Below, one piece after another: positions 1 through 10,548 of a stretch of 64,000 bases of DNA. The notes under the pieces were generated by a model. It saw nothing but the letters and a program-made list of their open reading frames with translations, was not told where the DNA came from and ran no database searches. The stretch is from Gammaproteobacteria bacterium (GTDB lineage: Bacteria; Pseudomonadota; Gammaproteobacteria; Eutrophobiales; Eutrophobiaceae). The first letter of the stretch is position 1; each line of letters begins with the position of its first letter. The stretch is taken from the NCBI GenBank assembly GCA_965222155.1, contig CBDCTH010000012.1:3445456-3509455 (forward strand), given 5' to 3'. The position numbers and the translations under genes were made by a program.

Positions 1-297
1 CCGTCACACTCCGATGTTCTGGGGATCGCCGTACTTGAAGCAATGGCCGCGCGGCTGCCTGTGGTGATTACTACGAAGTGTGAATTTCCCGAGGTCTCCG
101 AAAACAAGGCGGGCCTCGTGGTCGAAACAGATGAGGCGTCAATTGCCGCAGCGATGAGCCGGTTGCTGGAGGATGCAGCGCTACGCAAGCGTATGGGTCA
201 ACAGGGATACAAACTGGTCACCGACCATTATACCTGGCCTGCCGCCGCCGTGATGGCCGACCTTTATAAGGGTCTTGCAGCAGGTCAGCATGAATAA
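1..297 (+). CDS. GT4 glycosyltransferase, 3' end (runs off window start)
   Basis: SHSDVLGIAVLEAMAARLPVV...YTW C-terminal GT4 motif; paralogous to the C-terminus of 45187..46374. Confidence 0.85.
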   Translation, partial: PSHSDVLGIAVLEAMAARLPVVITTKCEFPEVSENKAGLVVETDEASIAAAMSRLLEDAALRKRMGQQGYKLVTDHYTWPAAAVMADLYKGLAAGQHE

Positions 298-1837
298 TCA
301 TGATGCGGGCGGGATGAGCCTCAGCGCACGTACGCTCAGTGGGCTTGGCTGGTCTTATCTGGCTACCTCCATCAAGGCTTTGCTGTCATTACTGGTATTG
401 GTTATCCTCGCCCGGCTGCTCGCACCGGTTGAATTTGGTCTGCTCGGCATTGCCTGGATTTTTATCATGCTGGGAGCCAGGTTCGGCCAAGCATTTATCG
501 GACCGGCCGTAGTCCAGCGGAGCGAGTTGACCGACCGTCATATTCAAGTCGGTTTTACCCTATCAGTGATAATCGGTATCGCCTTGGCGGGGATTATCCT
601 GTTGCTTACGCCGATTATCGGTGAATTCTTTAATGAATCGACGGCAGCGCGGGTTCTCCAAGCGTTATCAATAATATTCCTCATCAATGGCATTGGAAAC
701 GTACCCACCAACCTGCTGCGACGGGCTCTCCGTTTCAGAGAATTGATGGTTGCCGACGTACTGGCCTATTCCGTCGGCTACGGGCTTACGGCAATAGCCC
801 TCGCTCTCCAGGGCTATGGCGTATGGTCTCTTGTCTGGGGCGAGATCATGCACAGGGTCATCCATACGATAATGGTAGTCCGCTATACACATATGCATCT
901 TTATCCCCGCTGGGCACTTAGCGAGGCGACAGATCTCCTGTCCCGCGGGGCCGGCTTTTCGCTGGCCCGGTTTTTCGAGTTCATTGCCCGGCAAGGCGGC
1001 TACTTTGTTATAGGGCGCTGGCTGGGCGCCGCGTCACTGGGTTTTTACTCGCGGGCGGACAAGCTCATCCTGTTGCCGAGGAACTACGTCAGCCAGAGTT
1101 TGTTTCATGTACTGTTCCCGGTCATGGCACAGCGCCAGCAGAGGACGGAGCGGCTTGCAGGCATTTACCTGCATGGTTCCGAGATATTATCACTGGTGGC
1201 ATTACCGGTAAGTGCCTTGTTGTTTGTGGGGGCTCCGGAGATTGTATCGGTGATCCTGGGAGGGCAGTGGGACCCGGTTGTCGATCTTCTCCGGATTCTT
1301 GCATTTGCTGTCCTGTTCCAGATGTGCGACATCCTGAATATCGCCGCCATCGGCGCGTTAGGCGCGGTTTATCGCCAGGCCTGGCGGCAAGGGTTACACG
1401 CTTTTCTTGTTGTCGGCGGCGCCTGGTTTGCAAGCCGGTGGGGTCTGGAAGGCGTAGTTATCGTTATTGTCGGCGCTCAGGTTATCGCTTATTTGTTGTT
1501 GACGCAGTTGACGGTTTCACTTCTGAATATGCGGTGGCGCCATTTAATCCGCAGTTGCCTGCCGGCATTATGGGTCGGTTTCTGGGCTGGCGCGGCACTG
1601 TGGCTGGCGGCAGGACTAGCGCGGGCCATGGCCTTGCCGGCGCTACCGGCGCTGATTGTCGAGGTCCTTATCTGGTTCACGGCGGCGACCGCGGCGCTAT
1701 ACTTTGCCCCGTCTTGTGTACGGCCTTTCTCCCTGCACTGGACACTGGGCAACGTTCCCTTTGAGGTACTGGGAACGCCGGGAAGTTACCTGAGAACAGG
1801 ACTTGGATGGTTGTCACGGGAACGGGAGGATTGTTGA
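275..1837 (+). CDS. Polysaccharide flippase (Wzx/WzxC-like), copy 1
   Basis: Multi-TM protein with LARLLAPVEFG and GRWLGAASLGFY motifs; true start may be 290 or 314. Confidence 0.85.
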   Translation: MQQVSMNNHDAGGMSLSARTLSGLGWSYLATSIKALLSLLVLVILARLLAPVEFGLLGIAWIFIMLGARFGQAFIGPAVVQRSELTDRHIQVGFTLSVIIGIALAGIILLLTPIIGEFFNESTAARVLQALSIIFLINGIGNVPTNLLRRALRFRELMVADVLAYSVGYGLTAIALALQGYGVWSLVWGEIMHRVIHTIMVVRYTHMHLYPRWALSEATDLLSRGAGFSLARFFEFIARQGGYFVIGRWLGAASLGFYSRADKLILLPRNYVSQSLFHVLFPVMAQRQQRTERLAGIYLHGSEILSLVALPVSALLFVGAPEIVSVILGGQWDPVVDLLRILAFAVLFQMCDILNIAAIGALGAVYRQAWRQGLHAFLVVGGAWFASRWGLEGVVIVIVGAQVIAYLLLTQLTVSLLNMRWRHLIRSCLPALWVGFWAGAALWLAAGLARAMALPALPALIVEVLIWFTAATAALYFAPSCVRPFSLHWTLGNVPFEVLGTPGSYLRTGLGWLSREREDC

Positions 1838-1922
1838 CATCAGTGCTGGAACAGTCATACTTTGCAGGTCATTACACGATAATCGTGGAGAGTCCCCGCA
1901 CCTGATATCTGGTTAAAAAAGC

Positions 1923-2570
1923 GTGAAAGAAAGCACTGATGTATGTGACGGATACAAGCGCGTCTTCGATCTGGCGATAATAATTATCGCTTATATATTG
2001 TTTTTTCCGGTATGGCTGATTATTTGGTCCATAGTGCCCGTTGCCATCTGGCTGGAAGACCGGGGCCCGGTTTTCTATGCGCAGGAACGGGTTGGCCGAC
2101 GCGGTAAGCATTTCAATGTCTTCAAGTTTCGTACCATGATCCAGAACGCCGAAAGTCTGACGGGACAGGTCTGGGCAACGGAAGATGATCCCCGGCTGAC
2201 CCGGGTCGGGAAGATATTGCGCAGGTTTCATCTTGACGAGATACCGCAAGTAATCAATATCGTGAGGGGTGAGATGAGCCTGGTGGGGCCGCGCCCCGAG
2301 CGCCCGGTCCTGGCACAACAGTTCAACCGCGAAGTGCCCGGATTCTCCCAGCGCCTGAGGGTCAGGCCGGGTATTGCGGGGCTGGCCCAGGTGCGCGGCA
2401 GCTACTGGACAGATCCGGGTTACAAACTGAAATATGACAACCTGTACATCGAAACAATGAGTCCCTGGTTGGATTTAAAGCTGCTTTTTCTCGCCGTCTG
2501 GGTCGCCATCAAGCGTGTCTTTTGTGGTCCGGACGCTTCCGTTGCAGATAACGGCGCTGAAAAGGATTAA
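1923..2570 (+). CDS. Undecaprenyl-phosphate sugar transferase (Bac_transf), copy 1
   Basis: KRVFD, FKFRTM, DDPRLTRVG, LDEIPQ, GEMSLVGPRPERP, PGIAGLAQV motifs. Confidence 0.92.
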   Translation: MKESTDVCDGYKRVFDLAIIIIAYILFFPVWLIIWSIVPVAIWLEDRGPVFYAQERVGRRGKHFNVFKFRTMIQNAESLTGQVWATEDDPRLTRVGKILRRFHLDEIPQVINIVRGEMSLVGPRPERPVLAQQFNREVPGFSQRLRVRPGIAGLAQVRGSYWTDPGYKLKYDNLYIETMSPWLDLKLLFLAVWVAIKRVFCGPDASVADNGAEKD

Positions 2571-3391
2571 ACCTGATGACGCGACGAAACAGGTAGGCAA
2601 CCATTTGGAAACCGGGCATAAGAAGGCACAGCAGGTCACCGTTTCAATTATTATCCTGACCTGGAATTCCGAGCAGCAGGTCGGTGCCTGTTTAACCTCA
2701 CTGGATCAGGGGTTGAATTCGTTTTCGTCCGAAGTCATTGTGATTGACAACGGTTCACAGGATCGGACCTGCAGCATCGTCAGGGAAACCCGGCCTGGGG
2801 CGCAGTTGCTATGCAATCCGAAAAATCGTGGCGTTGCCCCGGCTCGCAACCAGGGAATACGACTTGCCCAGGGCGAATATGTACTTATCCTGGATGACGA
2901 CACGATCGTGCAGCCCGGAGCATTGGACCGTCTTATCCGTTACATGGAGGATCAGCCCGAGGCAGGACTATGCGGACCCAAACTGACTGACGCTGCCGGC
3001 GAGCTACAGTTATCGTGCCGGCTGTTTCCGACCCTGATTGATAAACTGGCCCGGCGCTTGCCAGGCGATTCGCCACAGCGCTTTACGGGAGGTGGGCCTG
3101 TTTGACGAGCGTATTTTTTATGGCCCGGAGGACATCGATATGTGTCTGCGCCTGCAACTGGCTGGCTGGTCGGTAGTGTATAACCCTGAAGCTGTGGTTA
3201 TGCACGAGGAACGCAGGATGACCCGCTCCCTGGGATCCGGCCTGGTGTGGAAACACGTTTGCGCTCTGGGCTATTATTTCTGGAAGCATGGCTATTTGCT
3301 GTCGTGTCAACGGTTGTATTCGCAGCTCACACACCCAGGGCAGCCTTTCAGTCAAGGACAGAAATCCAGTCAATCATCGACCCAGGAATGA
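2515..3391 (+). pseudogene. GT2 glycosyltransferase (rhamnosyltransferase-like), frameshifted by a 95-bp deletion
   Basis: Nearly identical to 9534..10460 but lacks the segment between two CGGCGCTTGCC repeats; split into ORFs 2515..3105 and 3038..3391. Confidence 0.85.
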
Positions 3392-4073
3392 TCAGCTTCG
3401 TAACCCAGATCTATCAGTGCCTGTCCGGCATAATGGTCAAATACTTCCCTTGCCTCCCGCGTGAAGTGGTTCTTCCAGTCCCCGACGATACCTTTGCGAA
3501 CAAAGCAGTACGCATTTTCATTACCCGGTTTACGACCTGTGACGTTCTCAAAAGAGAATTTTGAAATACACGCGCCAAGCTTCGCATCATCAACACTGTA
3601 TACCGACAGATACTCGAGGATTTTTTTCAATTCTCGTCCAGGATTCTCCCGCATGGATTCATAACTGGTTTCCACGTAATTAGTCCGATTTTTCCAGGTT
3701 TTTATGAAACTGGTCCAGGTCATATTGAATGGTGGCCCCTCTGTGAAGCAATAATCGATGTACCTCGGTAAGTATTGTTGTATATCCTGGGCATCTTTAA
3801 TCCCAAGTCGTTCCTGCTGCGATTCCGCCCAGCCCGGCATAACCGTACGTCTGTGAAACAAGTGATAGTAATAGTGGGACACAACCACATCTCTTCCATC
3901 GCGCCACATGACAATAGTATCGTTTGAATCGGCGACGTCCAGGTAGTGCCCATGCAGGATACAACGGCTGCGCGGCGGCAACGATCGCGCGTATTTGGCA
4001 TGTCCAGGTACTCGGCAATCATTTGGCACACCCAGGTTCCGCCGGATTTTGGATATTCCGTCAGCACAACCAT
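3370..4073 (-). pseudogene. Sulfotransferase, frameshifted near 3980
   Basis: YPKSGGTW (5'-PSB loop) in one frame; WRDGRDVVVS and FVRKGIVGDWKNHFT in another; paralog of intact 59925..60737. Confidence 0.8.
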
Positions 4074-4162
4074 ATTGCATTTAGCTTATTCCTCCTTAAA
4101 CTGTACACATACTCGTTGCCAGTTGTTGATTGTTCCAGCTTTAATATCCATCCATAACAGAA

Positions 4163-4624
4163 TTGAACCAAACTAATCCAGTAGATTTTCTCGTAGTCGG
4201 CGCCGCAAAATCAGGTACAACGACATTGTTCGAGACTCTGGGCAAACACCCTGGGATATATATTCCCCAGCGCAAGGAGTGCCGTTATTTTTCTTGCACG
4301 CTTGGCGAATTTGCTGAGCCCGGGCCGCAATATGCAAACAATGTAATTCGAACTCTGGAAGAATATCGGGCTTTATTTAAAAAGGCAAAACCAACTCAGG
4401 TTTGTGGAGATATCTCATCGGATTATCTCTATTATTATCGAAATGCCGTTCCCAAAATTCTTGAAGAAAAGAATGCGCAGACCCCGATTGTCATTGTTCT
4501 GCGTAATCCTATTGACCGGGCTTATTCGAGTTATCTCTATCATGTTCGCGATGGGCGGGAGAAGTTGAGTTTTGAAGATACCTTGGATGCGGAAGAAGAA
4601 CGTCGTACCGCAAATTGGGCCTAG
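4163..4624 (+). pseudogene. Sulfotransferase, 3' truncated
   Basis: DFLVVGAAKSGTTTL and LRNPIDRAYS motifs; stops at ANWA* whereas paralog 61025..61939 continues. Confidence 0.8.
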
Positions 4625-4675
4625 GGCTGCAAATCGACGCCACGTAGCGGGCTGGGCTTTGCTGCCGGCTATTTA

Positions 4676-6232
4676 GTCGCCCCTGAAAAACCCTGTTTCA
4701 GGCCGCCATTGAGGTCGCCGGCAGCCATGACAAACAGCGCGGTGCGCTCCACAGACGCAGCCAAGCCAGTATAAGTATCCTTTTTTTGAGACAAAAAAAC
4801 CTGAGCCGCCTCAGGATCAAGCGCAGGTTGTGGCCGGCACAACTCAACAGGACATTTAATTGGTCGCCGTCTGTCCCGTTCAGGTGATTGCGCCCTAACA
4901 GCCCATCGGCTTTCAAATGACCGATCACCGGTTCAATCGCCTGGCGGCGTTTGAGTGACTGTTTTAACCGCTGTGTCTTAATACCGCGCTTCTGCCCGGA
5001 GATGTACACCGTGGACTCGGTTTCATCATGCCCCCGATAGCCCCGGTCCACAAACGCCTCATCAATACTCGTCCCGGTCAAGCGCCGTACCTGCTCCAAT
5101 GCTTGTTTCAAGGTGTGCCCGTCATACGGGCTGCCCGGCAAGGCCATACCCCCCACCACAAAGTTACTCTTGTTCGTGGTGGCAATGCTCGCCTTCACCC
5201 CGAATTCATAACGTTTAGCCACCTTACCCTTACTGATACATTCCACCTCCGGGGCATGCAGGCTGTACAGCTTGTGTTTATCCTGTTTCTGCTGCGCCAG
5301 CAGTCGCTTGGCTAAGGCCAATTCATCGGCAAAGATACGCTGCTGTGCCGGATTGCCCGCGGTGTTACGCTCACTGTCACGCACCACCCGGCCCAGAGCC
5401 TGCCCCTGTATGGCGTTGAGCAGGGGGAGGTGCGTAACCGCTTCACCTCGCGCCGCAGCCGCCGATACTGTTTGGCATGACCGTAGCGGTTCGCCTGCTG
5501 CAACGCCCGCGGCCCCTTGCGGGCAGTGCTCTGGCGTAACACCACCCCCTGTTTGTGACATAACCGTACCCACCGCACCCGGGACCGATTCAGCAACTTG
5601 CTGTCGGTCGGATAACTCACCGCTTATCTCCTGTACCGTGGTGTCCACCGTCACCCGTTTGAAGTCCGTCGTCTTCACTGCCTTGCTCTGCACCCCCAGC
5701 GCCACCGTCACCTGTAAAATCCGCGCACACCCCGACTCCCCAATGCGTCGGCGAAAGCGCGTCAGACTGCTCGGGTCGACCGGCACCTCGTGCTGAAAGT
5801 ACACCGCCCCGCAGACGTACTGCCAGTACGGATTCTCCACCCAGCCCGACACCACCGCCTCATCGGATAACCCATAACAATGCTTCAGATAGTGCAACCC
5901 CACCATTAACCGGGTCGGTTTCCCCGGACAACCGTTATCCGGGCAGTACAGCGCACCCGAACTGCCTTATCAAACACCGACTAGTCCACCCGGTCGGCCA
6001 GGCGATATAAGGCATGGCGTTGATTGAGCATAGTGTCCAGGCGTTCGCGGAACAGGTCGGTTGAGGTGCGGGTTGCGGCGTCAGGTTGTCTGGGGGTCAT
6101 TTTTTCCTCCGAAATTGCAAGAAAATGAAGGTCCATGATACCAAAACCGGCACTATCAGTCCAGGAATAAATGCAGGTTACATAATTATAATCAATAGGT
6201 TAGAATAGCTTTTGGGGTTATTCAGGGACGAC
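4676..6232 (-). mobile_element. IS5-family element with degenerate transposase
   Basis: Inverted ends GTCGCCCCTGAAAAACCC / GTCGTCCCTGAATAACCC, flanking TATTTA duplication; YSLHAPEVECISKGK, FVDRGYRG and RRQAIEPVIGHLK motifs; frameshifts and stops. Confidence 0.85.
5399..5428. repeat. Half-copy of CCCCCTGCTCAAC REP-like element inserted in the IS5 transposase
   Basis: CCTGCCCCTGTATGGCGTTGAGCAGGGGG interrupts KRLRT/LGRVVRD; matches an arm of the 41771..41850 hairpin. Confidence 0.7.
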
Positions 6233-6417
6233 TATTTACATGATACATCGGGTTGTGCAATTTTCAGATTCTCAGCCAGGGCTGGCTGATTTCGGCCCCT
6301 GGCTTTTTTTCCCTCAGCGAGCGACATCTTCGCGACGATGTCCGCGGCTTTAGCCTTCGCAGCAGCCCGCACCTCCGGCTTAATGTTTTCTCTATGTTCA
6401 TTCAGTGGCTTGGCCAT
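6232..6417 (-). pseudogene. HigA-like HTH antitoxin, truncated
   Basis: Downstream of a RelE-type toxin; partial HTH LAENLKIAQPDVS ends at the IS5 boundary. Confidence 0.65.
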
Positions 6418-6430
6418 GATGTCCCTCCGC

Positions 6431-6790
6431 CTATTTGAACCCTTCATTATCCAGGTGATTTAAAAATTCATTCTCCGCCAACGGGATCATCCGATCATAA
6501 AATCGCTTATCCTTTTTACCGTCTTTACGTCCACCGCATAGCAAGACAGCACGTCGTTTTGGATCAAAGGCATAAAAGACGCGGTAGGGTTTCCCGGCAT
6601 GCTGAATTATCAACTCTTTCAGGTTCTTGACCGTACGTGTACCTTTCAAGGTATCCGCATAAGGTCGTGCCAGCCAGGGACCTGTCATCTCCAATACTTC
6701 AACCATTGCCAGTACGTCTTCCTGTTCCCCGTCCGTTAAAGCCAGAAACCACTTTTCATACTCCTCAGTGACCAGAATTTTCCATGTCAT
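6431..6790 (-). CDS. RelE/HigB-family toxin (phage Gp49-like)
   Basis: GPWLARPYADTLKG, NLKEL, YRVFYAFDPKRRAVLLCGGRK motifs. Confidence 0.85.
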   Translation of the reverse strand: MTWKILVTEEYEKWFLALTDGEQEDVLAMVEVLEMTGPWLARPYADTLKGTRTVKNLKELIIQHAGKPYRVFYAFDPKRRAVLLCGGRKDGKKDKRFYDRMIPLAENEFLNHLDNEGFK

Positions 6791-7306
6791 ATTGCATGCT
6801 CCCTACTCCATGGATAGAGCATACATTTAACATATATATTGTCAAATTATTGTCAGGGAATTGTCAGGCACTGTAGATAGCGCACGGGGCGAGATCATAC
6901 TTTTGTCGTAAACAATAGGGTTTGAAGCCAGGAGCGGAGTACCTTGCCTTGCGTTGAATCTCGACGTTCTACCAATAGCACACCCGTTTCAAGTTCCAAA
7001 ATTGTAATAACCGACAAGAAAAGACTCGTGGTTGAAACTTCATTGGACAAACCACGTTTTTTCTATCAAGCCAAAAGGCTCAATAATGAAAACGGTATCA
7101 TGTATCTGGATACAAATGAGGATAAACTAACCATACACAATGCTTTACCAGACAGGTGGTTTAAGCTATTAAACTGAACTATCATCCGGAAACAGATTCA
7201 CTTGCAGTGGCAGAACTGACGTCGGAGTTTTCCCGGCAAGGTATATGCTGTGAGGTCGTAACGATTCGTCGTTGTTATACGCCAACATAGAGCAAAGCAG
7301 ATCAGC

Positions 7307-8842
7307 ATGAATAGTAATGATGCGCGTGAGACCAGCCTGAGCGCGCGCACGCTGAGCGGGATTGGATGGTCTTATCTGTCTACTTTCATCAAGGCATTGT
7401 TGTCGTTGCTGGTCCTGGTGATCCTGGCCCGGTTGTTAACGCCGATTGACTTTGGGTTACTTGGTATTGCCTGGATTTTTATTATGTTGGGGGCTAGGTT
7501 CGGTCAGGCAGTCGTCGGTCCCGCAATAGTTCAACGGAGCGAGTTGACCGATCGTCATATTCAGGTCGGTTTTACGCTCTCAATGCTTATCGGCATTGTC
7601 ATAATGGGTATAATCTGGTTGCTTGCGCCGCTTATCGGTGAGTTCTTCAAGGAAGCAATGGCAGCGCAGGTCCTCCAGGTGTTATCAGTGGTATTTGTTA
7701 TTAATGGAGTGGGGGCTATACCTACTCACCTGCTGCGCCGTAATCTCCAATTTAGGCAATTGATGGTGGCTGACATCCTGGCGTATTCGATTGGCTACGG
7801 ATTTATAGCAGTAGTTCTGGCTTTTCAGGGATTTGGTGTATGGTCCCTGGTCTGGGGCGAGATCATGCACAAGGTGATCCATACAGCCGTGGTAATCCGT
7901 TATTCTCCAGAGCATCTCCGGCCCCGCTGGGCGATTCGTGAGGCAACTGAGCTGCTCTCGCGTGGGGCCGGGTTTTCGTTAGCCGGGTTTTTTGAGTTCG
8001 TCGCCCGGCAAGGCGGTTACTTCGTCATCGGGCGGTGGCTGGGTGCTACCTCTCTCGGTTATTACACTCGGGCTGACCGACTAATTCTTCTGCCGAGAAA
8101 CTACGTCAGTCAGAGTTTATTCCAGGTCCTGTTTCCAGCCATGGCACAGAGACAGCAGGGAACAGATCGTCTGGCAATCATTTACCTGCACGGCACCGAG
8201 ATATTGTCATTGGTGGCATTGCCGGTTGGCGCCATGCTGTTTGTATGTGCCCCCGAGATTGTCTCGGTCATTCTGGGAGGACAGTGGGGTCCGGTTGTTA
8301 TTCTGCTCCAGATTCTTGCATTTGCTGTTCTGTTCCAAATGTGTGACATCCTGAATATTGCAGCAGCAGGCGCAATCGGTGCAGTCTATCGTCAGGCCTG
8401 GCGACAAGGGGTACACGCTTTTCTTATTGTCGGCAGCGCCTGGTTCGCAAGTCGTTGGGGTCTGGAAGGCGTAGTGATTGCTATTGTCGGCGCCCAGGTT
8501 GTCGCTTATCTACTGTTGACACAATTGACAGTGTCGCTTTTAAAACTGCACTGGCGGCGTCTCCTGCGTTGCTGTCTGCCGGCGTTATGGGTCGGCGCCT
8601 GGGTTGTCATGACGCTGTGGCTGGCCGCCGGCCAGGTACGGGCTATGCACCTGTCTGCCGGGCTATCGCTGTTAATCGAGGTACTCATCTGGTCCGCGAC
8701 AATTATAGCGGCGGTATATTACGCTCCATCATTCGCTCGTCCCTTGTCCGTTCCCTGGGCAATGACGAATATACCCTTTGAGGTTTTGGGAACCACCGGA
8801 CATTACTTTAAAAAGGGACTGAAATGGCTGTCACGAGATTAA
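7307..8842 (+). CDS. Polysaccharide flippase (Wzx/WzxC-like), copy 2
   Basis: Collinear paralog of 275..1837. Confidence 0.85.
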   Translation: MNSNDARETSLSARTLSGIGWSYLSTFIKALLSLLVLVILARLLTPIDFGLLGIAWIFIMLGARFGQAVVGPAIVQRSELTDRHIQVGFTLSMLIGIVIMGIIWLLAPLIGEFFKEAMAAQVLQVLSVVFVINGVGAIPTHLLRRNLQFRQLMVADILAYSIGYGFIAVVLAFQGFGVWSLVWGEIMHKVIHTAVVIRYSPEHLRPRWAIREATELLSRGAGFSLAGFFEFVARQGGYFVIGRWLGATSLGYYTRADRLILLPRNYVSQSLFQVLFPAMAQRQQGTDRLAIIYLHGTEILSLVALPVGAMLFVCAPEIVSVILGGQWGPVVILLQILAFAVLFQMCDILNIAAAGAIGAVYRQAWRQGVHAFLIVGSAWFASRWGLEGVVIAIVGAQVVAYLLLTQLTVSLLKLHWRRLLRCCLPALWVGAWVVMTLWLAAGQVRAMHLSAGLSLLIEVLIWSATIIAAVYYAPSFARPLSVPWAMTNIPFEVLGTTGHYFKKGLKWLSRD

Positions 8843-8941
8843 CCCGATTATTGACATCAATGCCGGAACAGTCATACTTTGTATCTCATTACGTGGTGGT
8901 CGTGGAAAGTCTTGATACCTGAATCATCTGGTCAAAAAAGC

Positions 8942-9589
8942 ATGAACGAAAGCATTGTCGTGCGTGACGGATATAAACGCGTCTTCGACCTGGCGCTTAT
9001 TATTATCGCCTATATCCTGCTGTTTCCCCTGTGGCTGATCGTTTGGGTTGTGGTGCCCCTTGCCATCTGGCTGGAGGATCGCGGGCCGGTTTTCTATGCG
9101 CAAGAACGGATCGGCAGGCAGGGAAAGCATTTCAAAGTCCTCAAGTTTCGCACGATGATACCGGATGCCGAGAGTCAGACCGGGCAGGTTTGGGCGGCGG
9201 AAGACGACCCGCGCTTAACAAAAGTCGGAAAGTTGTTACGCAGGTTGCATTTTGACGAGATACCGCAGGTCATAAATATCGTGAGGGGTGAGATGAGTCT
9301 GGTGGGGCCGCGCCCCGAGCGCCCGGTCCTGGCACAACAGTTCAACCACGAAGTGCCCGGATTCTCCCAGCGCCTGAGGGTCAGGCCGGGTATTGCGGGG
9401 CTGGCCCAGGTGCGCGGCAGCTACTGGACAGATCCGGGTTACAAACTGAAATATGACAACCTGTACATCGAAACAATGAGTCCCTGGTTGGATTTAAAGC
9501 TGCTTTTTCTCGCCGTCTGGGTCGCCATCAAGCGTGTCTTTTGTGGTCCAGACGCTTCCGTTGCAGATAACGGCGCTGAAAAGGATTAA
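8942..9589 (+). CDS. Undecaprenyl-phosphate sugar transferase, copy 2
   Basis: Same Bac_transf motifs; 3' half nearly identical to copy 1. Confidence 0.92.
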   Translation: MNESIVVRDGYKRVFDLALIIIAYILLFPLWLIVWVVVPLAIWLEDRGPVFYAQERIGRQGKHFKVLKFRTMIPDAESQTGQVWAAEDDPRLTKVGKLLRRLHFDEIPQVINIVRGEMSLVGPRPERPVLAQQFNHEVPGFSQRLRVRPGIAGLAQVRGSYWTDPGYKLKYDNLYIETMSPWLDLKLLFLAVWVAIKRVFCGPDASVADNGAEKD

Positions 9590-10460
9590 ACCTGATGACG
9601 CGACGAAACAGATAGGCAACCATTTGGAAACCGGGCATAAGAAGGCACAGCAGGTCACCGTTTCAATTATTATCCTGACCTGGAATTCCGAGCAGCAGAT
9701 CGGTGCCTGTTTAACCTCACTGGATCAGGGGTTGAATTCGTTTTCGTCCGAAGTCATTGTGATTGACAACGGTTCACAGGATCGGACCTGCAGCATCGTC
9801 AGGGAAACCCGGCCTGGGGCGCAGTTGGTATGCAATCCGAAAAATCGTGGCGTTGCCCAGGCTCGCAATCAGGGAATACGACTTGCCCAGGGCGAATATG
9901 TACTTATCCTGGATGACGACACGATCGTGCAGCCCGGAGCATTGGACCGTCTTATCCGTTACATGGAGGATCAGCCCGAGGCAGGACTATGCGGGCCCAA
10001 ACTGACTGACGCTGCCGGCGAGTTGCAGTTATCGTGCCGGCTGTTTCCGACCCTGACTGATAAACTGGCCCGGCGCTTGCCTTCAACACTGGGTCAAAAA
10101 GTGGCCCGTAAAGCGGAAATGGCGGACTGGGACCACCAGACTATTCGGCCGGTAGATTATGTGATCGGCGCTTGCCAGGCGATTCGCCACAGTGCTTTAC
10201 AGGAGGTGGGCCTGTTTGACGAACGTATTTTTTATGGCCCGGAGGACGTCGATATGTGCCTGCGCCTGCAACTGGCGGGCTGGTCGGTGGTGTATAACCC
10301 TGAAGCTGTGGTTATGCACGAGGAACGCAGGATGACCCGCTCCCTGGGATCCGGCCTGGTGTGGGAACACGTTTGCGGGCTGGGCTATTTTTTCTGGAAG
10401 CATGGGTACCTATTGTCCCGTCAACGTCTATACTCGCAGCTTAATCAATCCAGGTCTTGA
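9534..10460 (+). CDS. GT2 glycosyltransferase, copy 2 (intact)
   Basis: VSIIILTWN, VIDNGSQD, LILDDD, VIGAC, FDERIFYGPEDVD motifs; start uncertain. Confidence 0.88.
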   Translation: MSFVVQTLPLQITALKRIKPDDATKQIGNHLETGHKKAQQVTVSIIILTWNSEQQIGACLTSLDQGLNSFSSEVIVIDNGSQDRTCSIVRETRPGAQLVCNPKNRGVAQARNQGIRLAQGEYVLILDDDTIVQPGALDRLIRYMEDQPEAGLCGPKLTDAAGELQLSCRLFPTLTDKLARRLPSTLGQKVARKAEMADWDHQTIRPVDYVIGACQAIRHSALQEVGLFDERIFYGPEDVDMCLRLQLAGWSVVYNPEAVVMHEERRMTRSLGSGLVWEHVCGLGYFFWKHGYLLSRQRLYSQLNQSRS

Positions 10461-10548
10461 AACTGAAGGCTACGATTTGAATCTGCTTATTGTTATGTTG
10501 AACCAATACATATTGTTTTGTCCTGTCTGAAATACAACACCCGTATAT

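Noticed and set aside
3975-3990. Programmed frameshift or phase variation in sulfotransferases (also ~61828)
   Set aside because: Single-base indels without long homopolymers or slippery heptamers; decay or sequencing error is simpler.
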